NCBI GenBank assembly: GCA_032249395.1
Contig: JAVVFY010000002.1
Coordinates: 32,001-96,000, forward strand
DNA from: Candidatus Aenigmatarchaeota archaeon
Lineage (GTDB): Archaea > Aenigmatarchaeota > Aenigmatarchaeia > CG10238-14 > SpSt-28
Length of the DNA: 64,000 bases
Reading direction: 5' to 3'
The notes below the pieces were generated by a model. It did not search any database and was not told where the DNA came from. It saw only the letters and a list, made by a program, of their open reading frames with translations. Of this stretch, positions 1-8,465 are shown piece by piece; the first letter of the stretch is position 1; each line of letters starts with the position of its first letter. The position numbers were made by a program, and so were the translations under genes.

Positions 1-1
1 T

Positions 2-802
2 TTAGAAGACCTTTTGAAAAAGGGAGAAATTGATGTAATAATTGATGCAACACCAGAAGGTTTAGGAAAAGAATACAGAGACAAATACTACTCCAAGTAC
101 AACGTTAAAGCAATATTTCAAGGTGGAGAAGATGCAGATGTTGCAGAGATGACTTTTAATGCAATAGTAAATTATGAAAAAGCTTTTGGAAAAAAATTCA
201 TTAGAGTTCCCAGTTGCAATACAACAGGTTTAATAAGAACTTTAAGCGCAATCGAAAAGTTTGGAATTGCTTATGTTTTCGTTGCTATTGCGAGAAGAGC
301 AGCAGATCCTCATGAATATAAAAAAGGTCCAATAAATGCAGTTGAATTTGAGGAGGTACCATCTCATCATGGAGAAGATGTTAGAACAGTTTTAACAAAC
401 TTAAACATCTTCACAATGGCCATAAAAGTTCCAACTACTCTGGCTCATACTCATATGGTAGAAGCAACACTTATGAAAAAAGTTAGCAAAGAAGATATAA
501 TAAAAGCATTTGAAGATCAAACAAGAGTTGTTTTGTTAGACATGAAAGAGTATCCAGCTACATCTAAAATTATAGAAAAGTTCAGAGATTATTGCAGGCC
601 TAGAAATGATATGTATGAAATTGTTGTATTAAGAGATAGCATAAGCGTAGAAGGAAATAAAGTAAGATGGATGCAAGTTGTTCATCAGGAAGCTGATGTT
701 ATTCCAGAAAACATTGATGCTATAAGAGCTATAACTGGAATAGAAAATGACAAGTGGAAAAGCATAAAAATGACGAATGAAAGTTTAGGAATTCTGAAAT
801 AA
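2..802 (+). CDS. gap: Glyceraldehyde-3-phosphate dehydrogenase, archaeal type II (5' truncated by window edge)
   Basis: Catalytic SCNTTG motif, FQGGE and VHQEADVIPENIDAIRA; frame open from base 2. Confidence 0.95.
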   Translation, partial: LEDLLKKGEIDVIIDATPEGLGKEYRDKYYSKYNVKAIFQGGEDADVAEMTFNAIVNYEKAFGKKFIRVPSCNTTGLIRTLSAIEKFGIAYVFVAIARRAADPHEYKKGPINAVEFEEVPSHHGEDVRTVLTNLNIFTMAIKVPTTLAHTHMVEATLMKKVSKEDIIKAFEDQTRVVLLDMKEYPATSKIIEKFRDYCRPRNDMYEIVVLRDSISVEGNKVRWMQVVHQEADVIPENIDAIRAITGIENDKWKSIKMTNESLGILK

Positions 803-844
803 ACTCTTTTCTTCTTTTCTTTTTAATTTTTCTACTTCTTATAT

Positions 845-930
845 GGGCCCGTAGCCTAGCAAGGATAAGGCGCCGGGCTTCGGAATTAGAGGATACCCGG
901 AGATCGTGGGTTCAAATCCCACCGGGCCCA
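845..930 (+). tRNA. tRNA-Arg(TCG) with 11-nt intron at 37/38 (884-894)
   Basis: Acceptor GGGCCCG/CGGGCCC-A, anticodon stem CCGGG/CCCGG, loop CT-TCG-G[AATTAGAGGAT]A, T-arm GTGGG-TTCAAAT-CCCAC. Confidence 0.92.
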
Positions 931-1146
931 AAATGAGTGCTTATTATTCACCTCTTCTTTTTTAACCTAATTTATAATAGTTTTTCAACTAAAGAGTTTA
1001 AACCAATAGTCTTTTTACAATAGTTATTATTAGATTGGTATTCGTAGCAACAGGATAAACTGCAAAAATACGAAGAAGGTTTGGGAGTTAGAGAAAATTT
1101 CATCCTCTGGAACTAGAACCCTAACGGGCTCAAAATTAAGTTTCTA

Positions 1147-1530
1147 TTATTTCTTCGCTTCCTCTTTTTTCTTTGCTTTTTTCTTTTCTTTCTTTTCTAC
1201 TTTTTCTTCGCTCTCTACTTTTTCTTCCTTAGCCTGCGCTTGTTTCTTTAATTCAGCTGCTGAAGGCAATTTCAATCCAAATTTTTCGACTAAACCGCTA
1301 TTCTTCCATGCTTCTAATAGTTCTTCGTCGCTCACATCTTCTTTTATTTCTAGCTTATATTGCAAAGGTTGTAAATGAATGACGTTTGCTCTTCTTCTTT
1401 TAACTCCAGTTAAAGCCTTTGGTCCGCTTACGATAACAAAATTCTTATCAACTTTTTTAACGACCACGCAATATTTCCCTTTTTCTTTCCCGACAGTTTT
1501 AACACAAACTTGTCCTATCTCCATTTTCAT
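1147..1530 (-). CDS. rpl14e: 50S ribosomal protein eL14 with K/E-rich C-terminal tail
   Basis: IGQVCVKTVGKEKGKYCVVV...GPKALTGVKRRRANVIHL signature. Confidence 0.95.
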   Translation of the reverse strand: MKMEIGQVCVKTVGKEKGKYCVVVKKVDKNFVIVSGPKALTGVKRRRANVIHLQPLQYKLEIKEDVSDEELLEAWKNSGLVEKFGLKLPSAAELKKQAQAKEEKVESEEKVEKKEKKKAKKKEEAKK

Positions 1531-1988
1531 CTAACCCCCAACATTTTATCAATAATAAAAGTTAATACTAAACATAAAATAGCATATACATATATTAAAC
1601 TAACTTTATTTGGAAAAGAAAAAGGTAGATAGACGTAATAGCCAGAATAATTAAACGACACCCAAGAAAAAAATAAAATTCCTATTAATAGCGAAAAGAT
1701 AGCTACTTTAATATTTTCTTTAATTAACTTTATGTTGGCATCTGCAAGTTCTCCCATTAATCTATTAAATTCTTTTTTGTTTTTGTCCTTTAATATATTA
1801 ATTTTCCTACTAATAGCATCTATTTTTTCTTTTATTTCGACAAAGTTTCTATTACTAAAAACTTTTTTCTTGTAAAAAGATGTAATGATGGAAAAAGCAA
1901 GAGAAAGTATTAAAATTTGTATTAAAGGAGGAAATATAGTAATAGGAAATAAAAATATATCTGCTATTTTTGAGATGTAAACTATCAT
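1527..1988 (-). CDS. DUF106 / EMC3-TMCO1 (Oxa1 superfamily) membrane protein
   Basis: TM, coiled coil, TM-TM layout; typical position downstream of secY. Confidence 0.75.
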   Translation of the reverse strand: MIVYISKIADIFLFPITIFPPLIQILILSLAFSIITSFYKKKVFSNRNFVEIKEKIDAISRKINILKDKNKKEFNRLMGELADANIKLIKENIKVAIFSLLIGILFFSWVSFNYSGYYVYLPFSFPNKVSLIYVYAILCLVLTFIIDKMLGVR

Positions 1989-3410
1989 TCAACCACCAAA
2001 CAACTTCTTAACGATTTCAGGCATCCCTTCAATATCCTCATTTCTAATAATTTCATAGTAATTATAAATAATCATCACGCTTAACAATAAACCAACCCCA
2101 CCCCCAATAACTCCAAACAAATCACCAATCACAGCTAAACACCCGACAAAAAATCCACCTAAAACTGATAAAGGTGGTATGTACTTGTTTAAAACGTGTT
2201 CTATAACCCTTTGGTCTCTTCTATATCCAGGTATTTGCATACCTATTATTGTCAATTGTTCGGCAACAGATTTGGCATTCATACCACTGGTCTCAACCCA
2301 AATTACAGAAAATATTGTAGTAAGGATAATCATTATAGTTGAATAAATTATAATCCTCATTATTTCTTTACTCGTTATACCTTCTACCATCAAATTAAAA
2401 ATACTTGTTGGAGTGGAAATATAATATGCAAAGCCACTTATAGCATTTCCGTTTTCGTCAAAACATCCTAGTAAGCCACACATTCTGCCATCAATATTAG
2501 TTAACCCAACTCTAGACATTAATTGCAAATTAGCTAGAAAAGCAAAAGCAAAAATAACAGGGATGTTGCTAGTATAAAGGAGTTTTAAACTCCACGTTCT
2601 TCCGAATCCTCTAAATGCGGAAAAAGCCAACGGTATATCAACGCTTATGCCTTGAATAAAAACAACTATTAAAAATAATATGCCGGTAGAAATTATTGGA
2701 AATAGAGCCAGTAATGCATTTTTTGGATTATTGCTATAGAAGTTTATTAACATATCCCAAAATAGTCCTACAGGCAAGTTGGTTGAAGATGGAATGCACA
2801 TAGATATACTACGAATTGAGCATTCAGGTGGGAAAGGCGAAAATATTCTAACGAATATTTGTGTAGATATACCGGCAACTATGAAAAGGCTTATTCCAGA
2901 TCCAAGACCCCATTTGCTTACTAGATCATCCATCAAAATTACTAAAAATCCTCCTAGAGCAATTTGAAAAACAACAAAAGGTAAAAGAAGTGTCGTTGTA
3001 GTTAAAGGACCGAATATTACGTATGCAAATGCCTCTATTACACAGAAGATAAGAGCTAATAACTTCATCCAACTCTGAAACTTTTTTCTTCCTTCGGGCT
3101 TAGTAGTGTCTAAAGGTAGTATTTTTGAGCCAACTAACAACTGAAGAATTATTCCAGCTGTAACTATAGGACCTATTCCCAAAGTCAATAAACTTCCGAA
3201 TCTCGCACCAAGTAAATGCTGGATTGTTAGAAAAAATTGAGCTTGGGGGGTTAGTGCTAGTCCTATAACTGGAACGTATGATAAAAAGATGTATATAAAT
3301 AATGTCACCAATGTCCACTTTAGTTTTTCTTTAAAGCTTAATCTATATAAAGGTGGCGAAACTATAGGAAAATATTTTACTAGTTTTTCAATAGTATTAC
3401 CAATCTGCAT
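1989..3410 (-). CDS. secY: Preprotein translocase subunit SecY
   Basis: LGIGPIVTAGIILQLL, KWGLGSGISLFI, KLLYTSNIPVI motifs; start set at MQIG (ORF track starts at 3431). Confidence 0.97.
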   Translation of the reverse strand: MQIGNTIEKLVKYFPIVSPPLYRLSFKEKLKWTLVTLFIYIFLSYVPVIGLALTPQAQFFLTIQHLLGARFGSLLTLGIGPIVTAGIILQLLVGSKILPLDTTKPEGRKKFQSWMKLLALIFCVIEAFAYVIFGPLTTTTLLLPFVVFQIALGGFLVILMDDLVSKWGLGSGISLFIVAGISTQIFVRIFSPFPPECSIRSISMCIPSSTNLPVGLFWDMLINFYSNNPKNALLALFPIISTGILFLIVVFIQGISVDIPLAFSAFRGFGRTWSLKLLYTSNIPVIFAFAFLANLQLMSRVGLTNIDGRMCGLLGCFDENGNAISGFAYYISTPTSIFNLMVEGITSKEIMRIIIYSTIMIILTTIFSVIWVETSGMNAKSVAEQLTIIGMQIPGYRRDQRVIEHVLNKYIPPLSVLGGFFVGCLAVIGDLFGVIGGGVGLLLSVMIIYNYYEIIRNEDIEGMPEIVKKLFGG

Positions 3411-3420
3411 AAATATTCTT

Positions 3421-3834
3421 CTACTTTGCATTAAAATGAGTTATTATAACGTTTCCACCTTTTTCCTTTAGTTTTTCTATGGCCTTTTTAGAAGCTTCTT
3501 TAACTTCTACAATAATAGGATACTCGACGTTTCCTCTCCCCAATAATTTATCATATCCTAATTCATTCAGATTTATCTTCAAGTTTTCTGAGCTTATATT
3601 CTTTTCTTCAATCATTTTTTTTACTAAATCGTTAAGTTCGTCTAAGTTTATTACGGATTTTTCTTTCCTAAGAGGATACTTGAAACCTTTCTCACGCTCC
3701 TTCCATTTCATTTTGTGCTTATGTAAACTAACATTTCCTCTACCACCCCTCGAGCCTCCACCCCTCCACTTAGCATGTCTACCATGGTAAGTTCTTTCGC
3801 CTCTTCTCCTCTTTTTCTCTCTTCTAACTACCAT
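3421..3834 (-). CDS. rpl15p: 50S ribosomal protein uL15
   Basis: RGGGSRGGRG, INLDEL, GYDKLLGRG; operon position. Confidence 0.95.
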   Translation of the reverse strand: MVVRREKKRRRGERTYHGRHAKWRGGGSRGGRGNVSLHKHKMKWKEREKGFKYPLRKEKSVINLDELNDLVKKMIEEKNISSENLKINLNELGYDKLLGRGNVEYPIIVEVKEASKKAIEKLKEKGGNVIITHFNAK

Positions 3835-4299
3835 CTAAATCATCCTTCTAAGTAACTCATTAATTTCTTTGCCTCTATAACCCAGATCGCCTTTTGGCCA
3901 ATGTTCCTTTATACTTTTTAAACCTTTAGAAGGCGGTCTTAAGCGAAAGAATGGGTGAAATGCCTCAAACTGCTTTAATATTACCCTACCGGATAATAAA
4001 GCGTCTGCAAACTCCTCAAAACTGTTAAATCCTGTTATTTTTCTCAAATCTTCCTCACTCACTTTCTTGTTCCCTTCTCCTTTCATCCTCAATCTCTTTC
4101 TGAGCAATTGTATTAGTGTATCTCTATCTATTTCTCCATAAGTGATGAAATCTTTTACCTTTTCAAGCATTCCCCTTATAGAATCTGTTTCTGGTAAAAT
4201 ATTACAGAAATATAGCCTTTTCAATCTCAAGAGCTTCAACGTATCTTCTATTTTTCTTGGAACTCCAACAACTCCTCTAATTCTTATAACTGCATACAT
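3835..4299 (-). CDS. rpl30p: 50S ribosomal protein uL30
   Basis: AVIRIRG...TLKLLRL, FRLRPPSKG, GDLGYRGKEINELL. Confidence 0.96.
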   Translation of the reverse strand: MYAVIRIRGVVGVPRKIEDTLKLLRLKRLYFCNILPETDSIRGMLEKVKDFITYGEIDRDTLIQLLRKRLRMKGEGNKKVSEEDLRKITGFNSFEEFADALLSGRVILKQFEAFHPFFRLRPPSKGLKSIKEHWPKGDLGYRGKEINELLRRMI

Positions 4300-4305
4300 T
4301 AGCTA

Positions 4306-5007
4306 TCACCTTTGGTATATGTACAAATTTTTAAAAGCTTTGTAAATTGCGGTTATTAAATTTATATGAGTACTAGTTTTTCCAAAAGTTTTTACCCAGA
4401 TATCTTTAATTCCAGCCAATCTTAAAATTTTCTTGCTCTCGTCGTCGGCAACTAGCCCAACACCTTTTGGAGCTGGCATTAAAACTACTTTCACGCTTCC
4501 GCATTTGCCCTCAGTCTTAAATGGTATTGAATGTGGCGTTTCACAACCACATTCCCAACTACCACAACCTCTCAAAACTTTTATTATGTTCATTTTTGCT
4601 CTTCTTCTAGCTTTTTCGACAGCCCTTCTTGCATCCACAGAAACTCCTTTACCAATACCAACATATCCGTCTTCATTTCCGACAACAATAAATGCAGACA
4701 TTCTAAATCTTCTTCCAGATTTAGTAACCCTTGCAGTGATTCTAATTGGAATTCTCTGTGCTCCACCTCCCTTTCCTGTTCTTTTTCCAATAAGTATAAA
4801 CTCTTCTTTTAATCCGGGTAAAAGATAATCAACAATCTCTGGTTCTAATATTCTTTTTCCACTTTCCAAAATCTCATCAATACTCTTTATTTTACCTGCT
4901 AAAACGTCTCTGCCAAGCTGAGTTTTGGGTTTCCAGGCCTTTTCCACCCTAGATAAGCTACCTTCTTCCGAAATTTCAGCTTCTCCTTTTTCACTATTTT
5001 CCCCCAC
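4306..5007 (-). CDS. rps5: 30S ribosomal protein uS5
   Basis: WKPKTQLG, GNEDGYVGIG, RGCGSWEC, PAPKGVGLVA. Confidence 0.97.
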   Translation of the reverse strand: MGENSEKGEAEISEEGSLSRVEKAWKPKTQLGRDVLAGKIKSIDEILESGKRILEPEIVDYLLPGLKEEFILIGKRTGKGGGAQRIPIRITARVTKSGRRFRMSAFIVVGNEDGYVGIGKGVSVDARRAVEKARRRAKMNIIKVLRGCGSWECGCETPHSIPFKTEGKCGSVKVVLMPAPKGVGLVADDESKKILRLAGIKDIWVKTFGKTSTHINLITAIYKAFKNLYIYQR

Positions 5008-5512
5008 TAAACATCACCTCAATATTCCTTTTTACTTCTTCAAAATTTTTAGCTACTTCCTCGCTTATATGCAAACCTTTTATTCTATCTTCAGTAGGAA
5101 ACATTTCCTCACTACAAGGAACATTTAAACCTGCATCTATTGCTCCCTTGGCAAAAGCATACATCCTTCCTCCTTTAGTAGATGTGTAAAGACCAATATC
5201 TAAAACTGCTTCCTTAACTCCTTTTGATAAAGCCATTTTGCCCAATAAATATCCAGTTAAATAACTTGCTGGCGTATTATCACAAGCAAATTTCCATCCG
5301 TATTTTTTCAAAATTTTTGAGGTTATTCCAACTAGCGTCACATCTCCTTTTTTATCAAAATTGATAATTTGGCCAATTATATACTTTAAAGTCTTCCTAT
5401 AGACAAGCCTCGGTTTTTCGGATAAAAGCAACTTTAATCTTTTCTTATAGTTTGTTTTGCCTTCTCTTCTTCTTCTAAAATGAATTCTGTATGTTGGTGA
5501 TATCTTTGGCAT
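4994..5512 (-). CDS. rpl18p: 50S ribosomal protein uL18
   Basis: RRRREGKTNYKKRLKLL, NTPASYLTG, AVLDIGL. Confidence 0.97.
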   Translation of the reverse strand: MPKISPTYRIHFRRRREGKTNYKKRLKLLLSEKPRLVYRKTLKYIIGQIINFDKKGDVTLVGITSKILKKYGWKFACDNTPASYLTGYLLGKMALSKGVKEAVLDIGLYTSTKGGRMYAFAKGAIDAGLNVPCSEEMFPTEDRIKGLHISEEVAKNFEEVKRNIEVMFSGGK

Positions 5513-5944
5513 TTACTCACCCTTTATAAGTTTATGCTGCTCTAAGTATAGCTTCATATGTGCTCTACTCTTAAACATTCCACCTTTTATCCATTTTCTG
5601 ACAAGCTTATAAGTTTTGTTGTCAATCTTACCTTTTTCCTTAAGTTCTCTTGCAAATTCTCTCAAACTTCTAACAAGATTTATCCATCTTCTTTTTCTAG
5701 GAACAATAGAATATTTCTTACCTTTTTTGCTTCCTTCATATCTTCTCTTTTTCTTCTTCTCCTTCGGCTTCTTAAGTTTCTCCTTCCTGGCCTTTATATA
5801 ACCTCTCTCTATAAGCCTTCTTATATCAGCTTTAGTAACGGCTTTCTCAATCTCATCAATTTTAGTAGGATCGAACCAAATTTTACTTTCTCCAACCTTC
5901 AATATCTCTGCTGCAAGCCTTCTTTGTGTCTTCATTTCGATCAC
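5513..5944 (-). CDS. rpl19e: 50S ribosomal protein eL19
   Basis: QRRLAAEILKVGESKIWFDP, GSKKG, KGGMFKS. Confidence 0.96.
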   Translation of the reverse strand: MIEMKTQRRLAAEILKVGESKIWFDPTKIDEIEKAVTKADIRRLIERGYIKARKEKLKKPKEKKKKRRYEGSKKGKKYSIVPRKRRWINLVRSLREFARELKEKGKIDNKTYKLVRKWIKGGMFKSRAHMKLYLEQHKLIKGE

Positions 5945-6291
5945 TCATTCAAGATTTTTATTTTTAGTTCTTTTGCCTTTTTAACTATTTCCTCTCTTTT
6001 TTTCTTACCAACTGTAGCTGCTATTCTTATTGCTTCTTTTGAAGGATCTATTCTCTCTAAATCTTTCAGATTTCTAACAAGAACCTCTTTAAAACCAGAT
6101 GGATGTAAACCTCTAACTTCTTTTGGCTGTCTATAACCAATGTCTGGCATTTTAGGTTTGCTTTTCTCTTTCTGTCTAACTTTGCTATGCAATCCTCTAG
6201 GCCTTCTCCAACTTTCTTTTATCCTTTTTATAGTTCCGGCCAAAGGTCTTCTAAATTCTGGAATTTTTCTTTTTTTAATCATATTTACCAC
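5941..6291 (-). CDS. rpl32e: 50S ribosomal protein eL32
   Basis: WRRPRGLHSKVR, RGLHPSGFKEVLV. Confidence 0.96.
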   Translation of the reverse strand: MVNMIKKRKIPEFRRPLAGTIKRIKESWRRPRGLHSKVRQKEKSKPKMPDIGYRQPKEVRGLHPSGFKEVLVRNLKDLERIDPSKEAIRIAATVGKKKREEIVKKAKELKIKILNE

Positions 6292-6715
6292 TCCAGTATG
6301 TTCCTCCTTTCTTCTTCCACTTCAAATAATCTTGAAGTATTTTCGCATGATCAAAAGCAAAATCAATACTTTTAGCGTCTTTAATATTAATCCACATTGC
6401 TTCAGTTTCAAAAGAATTTTTAGTTTTTGTTGTTTTTGGTCTGCAAATAAATACTACGCTAATAGTATGACCTCTTGGGTCTCTATCTTTTTTTGAATAA
6501 ACGCCAAGAATCTCTTTTGGTTCTACCTTAATACCTGTTTCCTCGAAAGTCTCTCTAACAACACAATCTTCTATAGATTCTCCATATTTCAAATGCCCTC
6601 CTGGAAAAGCAAACTTGCCTATAAATGGGGGAATTCTCCTTTTAACTAGTAAAATCTTTCCCTTTCTCTCAGCTATACAATCCGCTGTAATTCTTGTATA
6701 AGGAAATAACATCAC
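6275..6715 (-). CDS. NUDIX hydrolase (ADP-ribose pyrophosphatase-like)
   Basis: Nudix box GGHLKYGESIEDCVVRETFEETGI; RDPRGH and LAFDH-like (FAFDH) motifs. Confidence 0.93.
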   Translation of the reverse strand: MMLFPYTRITADCIAERKGKILLVKRRIPPFIGKFAFPGGHLKYGESIEDCVVRETFEETGIKVEPKEILGVYSKKDRDPRGHTISVVFICRPKTTKTKNSFETEAMWINIKDAKSIDFAFDHAKILQDYLKWKKKGGTYWSGKYD

Positions 6716-7242
6716 TCTTCACCTTTACTAACTATAAATATACCATCTTGGAACACTCTCCTATCTTTGCCAACAATTCTTGTTGCTTGTTCTATATTAC
6801 CAGCGGTTTGACCTACAGCATCAATATCAATACCAGAAACTAATATTTCTTGTCCTTTTATTTCAACTTTTGTGTTTCCTATAATTTTTGCCTCTCTGGG
6901 CTTTCTTTCTCCCAAGAAATTTTGAATTATAACTCTATCTCCTTCAACTTTAACGGTTATTGGAAAGTGTGAATAGATTATCTTTAGCTTATACACATAA
7001 CCTTTTGTAACACCCTCAATCATATTTCTTATGTGAGCAGCAATAGTTCCAGCTATGGCTTTTATTTTTCTTCTCTCATTCTCAGTATAAACTCTAACCT
7101 TTCCTTCAACAAGCTCAACTTTGACGTCTTTAGGTATTATGAAGCTCTTTTCTAATTCTCCCTTTGGTCCAACAACCTTAACACTATTTCCTCTAATTTC
7201 AACCTTTACTTCTTGTGGCACTTTAACTTCTTTAACAAACAT
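6712..7242 (-). CDS. rpl6p: 50S ribosomal protein uL6
   Basis: HIRNMIEGVTKG, YSHFP, NFLGE, DRRVFQDGIF; start set at MFVKEV. Confidence 0.97.
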   Translation of the reverse strand: MFVKEVKVPQEVKVEIRGNSVKVVGPKGELEKSFIIPKDVKVELVEGKVRVYTENERRKIKAIAGTIAAHIRNMIEGVTKGYVYKLKIIYSHFPITVKVEGDRVIIQNFLGERKPREAKIIGNTKVEIKGQEILVSGIDIDAVGQTAGNIEQATRIVGKDRRVFQDGIFIVSKGEE

Positions 7243-7250
7243 ATAAATCA

Positions 7251-7637
7251 CTAATAACAATATGCTAAAAGTTTTCCTCCTAAATGCAGACTTTTAGCAG
7301 TCTTATGATCCATAACGCCCTTACTAGTTGTTAAAATTAAAATTCCAACATCTCTAGCGGGTAAAAATCTTTTTTCCCATTTTTCAAATTCATCAACTCT
7401 AACACTAAATCTTGGTTTAATAACGTTTGTATCTATAATCTTTCCTTTTAACTCAATTTTAAATATTCCAGATTTTCCGTCGTGTATCAACTCGTAAGCC
7501 CCTATGTAATCGTGTTGCTGCAGTACTTTCAAAACCCTTTCTATCAATTTACTCGCTTTTACAAAGCATTCCTTCTTTCCAATCCTATCAGCATTCTTTA
7601 TTGCGCTCAATGCGTCAGCAAGCAAATCGTGCCTCAT
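7251..7637 (-). CDS. rps8: 30S ribosomal protein uS8
   Basis: DLLADALSAIKNA, IKPRF, LILTTSKGVM, GGKLLAY. Confidence 0.97.
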   Translation of the reverse strand: MRHDLLADALSAIKNADRIGKKECFVKASKLIERVLKVLQQHDYIGAYELIHDGKSGIFKIELKGKIIDTNVIKPRFSVRVDEFEKWEKRFLPARDVGILILTTSKGVMDHKTAKSLHLGGKLLAYCY

Positions 7638-7677
7638 AACTAAACATTTTGGTTTAAAAGTTTAAAACTATTATCCT

Positions 7678-7750
7678 TGCGCCAGCCGGGATTTGAACCC
7701 GGGCTCCGAGCTTGGAAGGCTCGTGTCCTACCAGGCTAGACGACTGGCGC
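7678..7750 (-). tRNA. tRNA-Gly(TCC), intronless
   Basis: Minus strand GCGCCAG...CGAGC-CT-TCC-AA-GCTCG...GGTTCAAATCC...CTGGCGC-A. Confidence 0.95.
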
Positions 7751-7786
7751 ATTATTATTGTTATTTTTTACAATCTAAAAAGATTT

Positions 7787-7930
7787 ATGGAAAGAGAAAG
7801 ATTTATAAAGAAAAAGATTGAAGAATTGAAAGAAAAATTGCCAGGTATTGATGAAAAATCTCTAGAAAAAGATCTAATTCCATTAGAAGGAAACGAAATT
7901 GGGATAAAAATAAAAAAGAAAAAGATTTAG
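7787..7930 (+). CDS. Small hypothetical protein (47 aa, K/E-rich)
   Basis: ATG at 7787 fills the gap; the longer ORF from 7712 overlaps tRNA-Gly. Confidence 0.35.
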   Translation: MERERFIKKKIEELKEKLPGIDEKSLEKDLIPLEGNEIGIKIKKKKI

Positions 7931-8415
7931 AATTTATATCCAATTTTCCTCAAAAATTCTTTTCTTTCTTGAATTTCTTTTTCTCCTTCTATTCCCTTTG
8001 ATTTGAAACCATCAATCACTCCAAGAATTCCCCTTCCTTGCTCAGTTTCTGCGACTATAACTTGAACTGGGTTTCCAGTCGCACAGTAAATATTCGCCAC
8101 CTCTGGAACCTCTTTTAATCTAGGAACTACGTTTATAGGATAGGCATTTCTCATGAAAATTAAGAAAGTATGACCTGCCGCTATTTCAAAAAGTTTTTCT
8201 GTTGCTAATTTCTCTAATTCCTCATCATTTCCACTATGTCTTATTAAACAAGGTCCGGAAGCTTCTGCAAAGGCTAAGCCAAACTTAATATTTGGAACAC
8301 AATTCACTAGACACTCATGAATATCTTCTACCGTCTTTATGAATCCTGCGTGTCCTATTATAACTTGTGTATCCTTTGGAACATCAATATTAATAACTTT
8401 TATTTCGACTTCCAT
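7927..8415 (-). CDS. Adenosine-specific kinase family protein (DUF355, PAE2307-like)
   Basis: GHAGFIKTVED, FGLAFAEASGPCL, AGHTF, CATGNP, GRGILGVIDG. Confidence 0.88.
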   Translation of the reverse strand: MEVEIKVINIDVPKDTQVIIGHAGFIKTVEDIHECLVNCVPNIKFGLAFAEASGPCLIRHSGNDEELEKLATEKLFEIAAGHTFLIFMRNAYPINVVPRLKEVPEVANIYCATGNPVQVIVAETEQGRGILGVIDGFKSKGIEGEKEIQERKEFLRKIGYKF

Positions 8416-8465
8416 ATTTTTCGTAAAAGTTACAAGATTTAAAATTTTTTAAAAGACCACTAGTT

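Noticed and set aside
5558..6136. 192-aa plus-strand ORF and similar F/S/L-rich ORFs (e.g. 4433-4828, 13541-13990, 18896-19375, 36196-36753, 51879-52391)
   Set aside because: Antisense shadows of K/E-rich real genes, with no motifs.
7712..7786. 5' part of ORF 7712-7930
   Set aside because: Antisense to tRNA-Gly.
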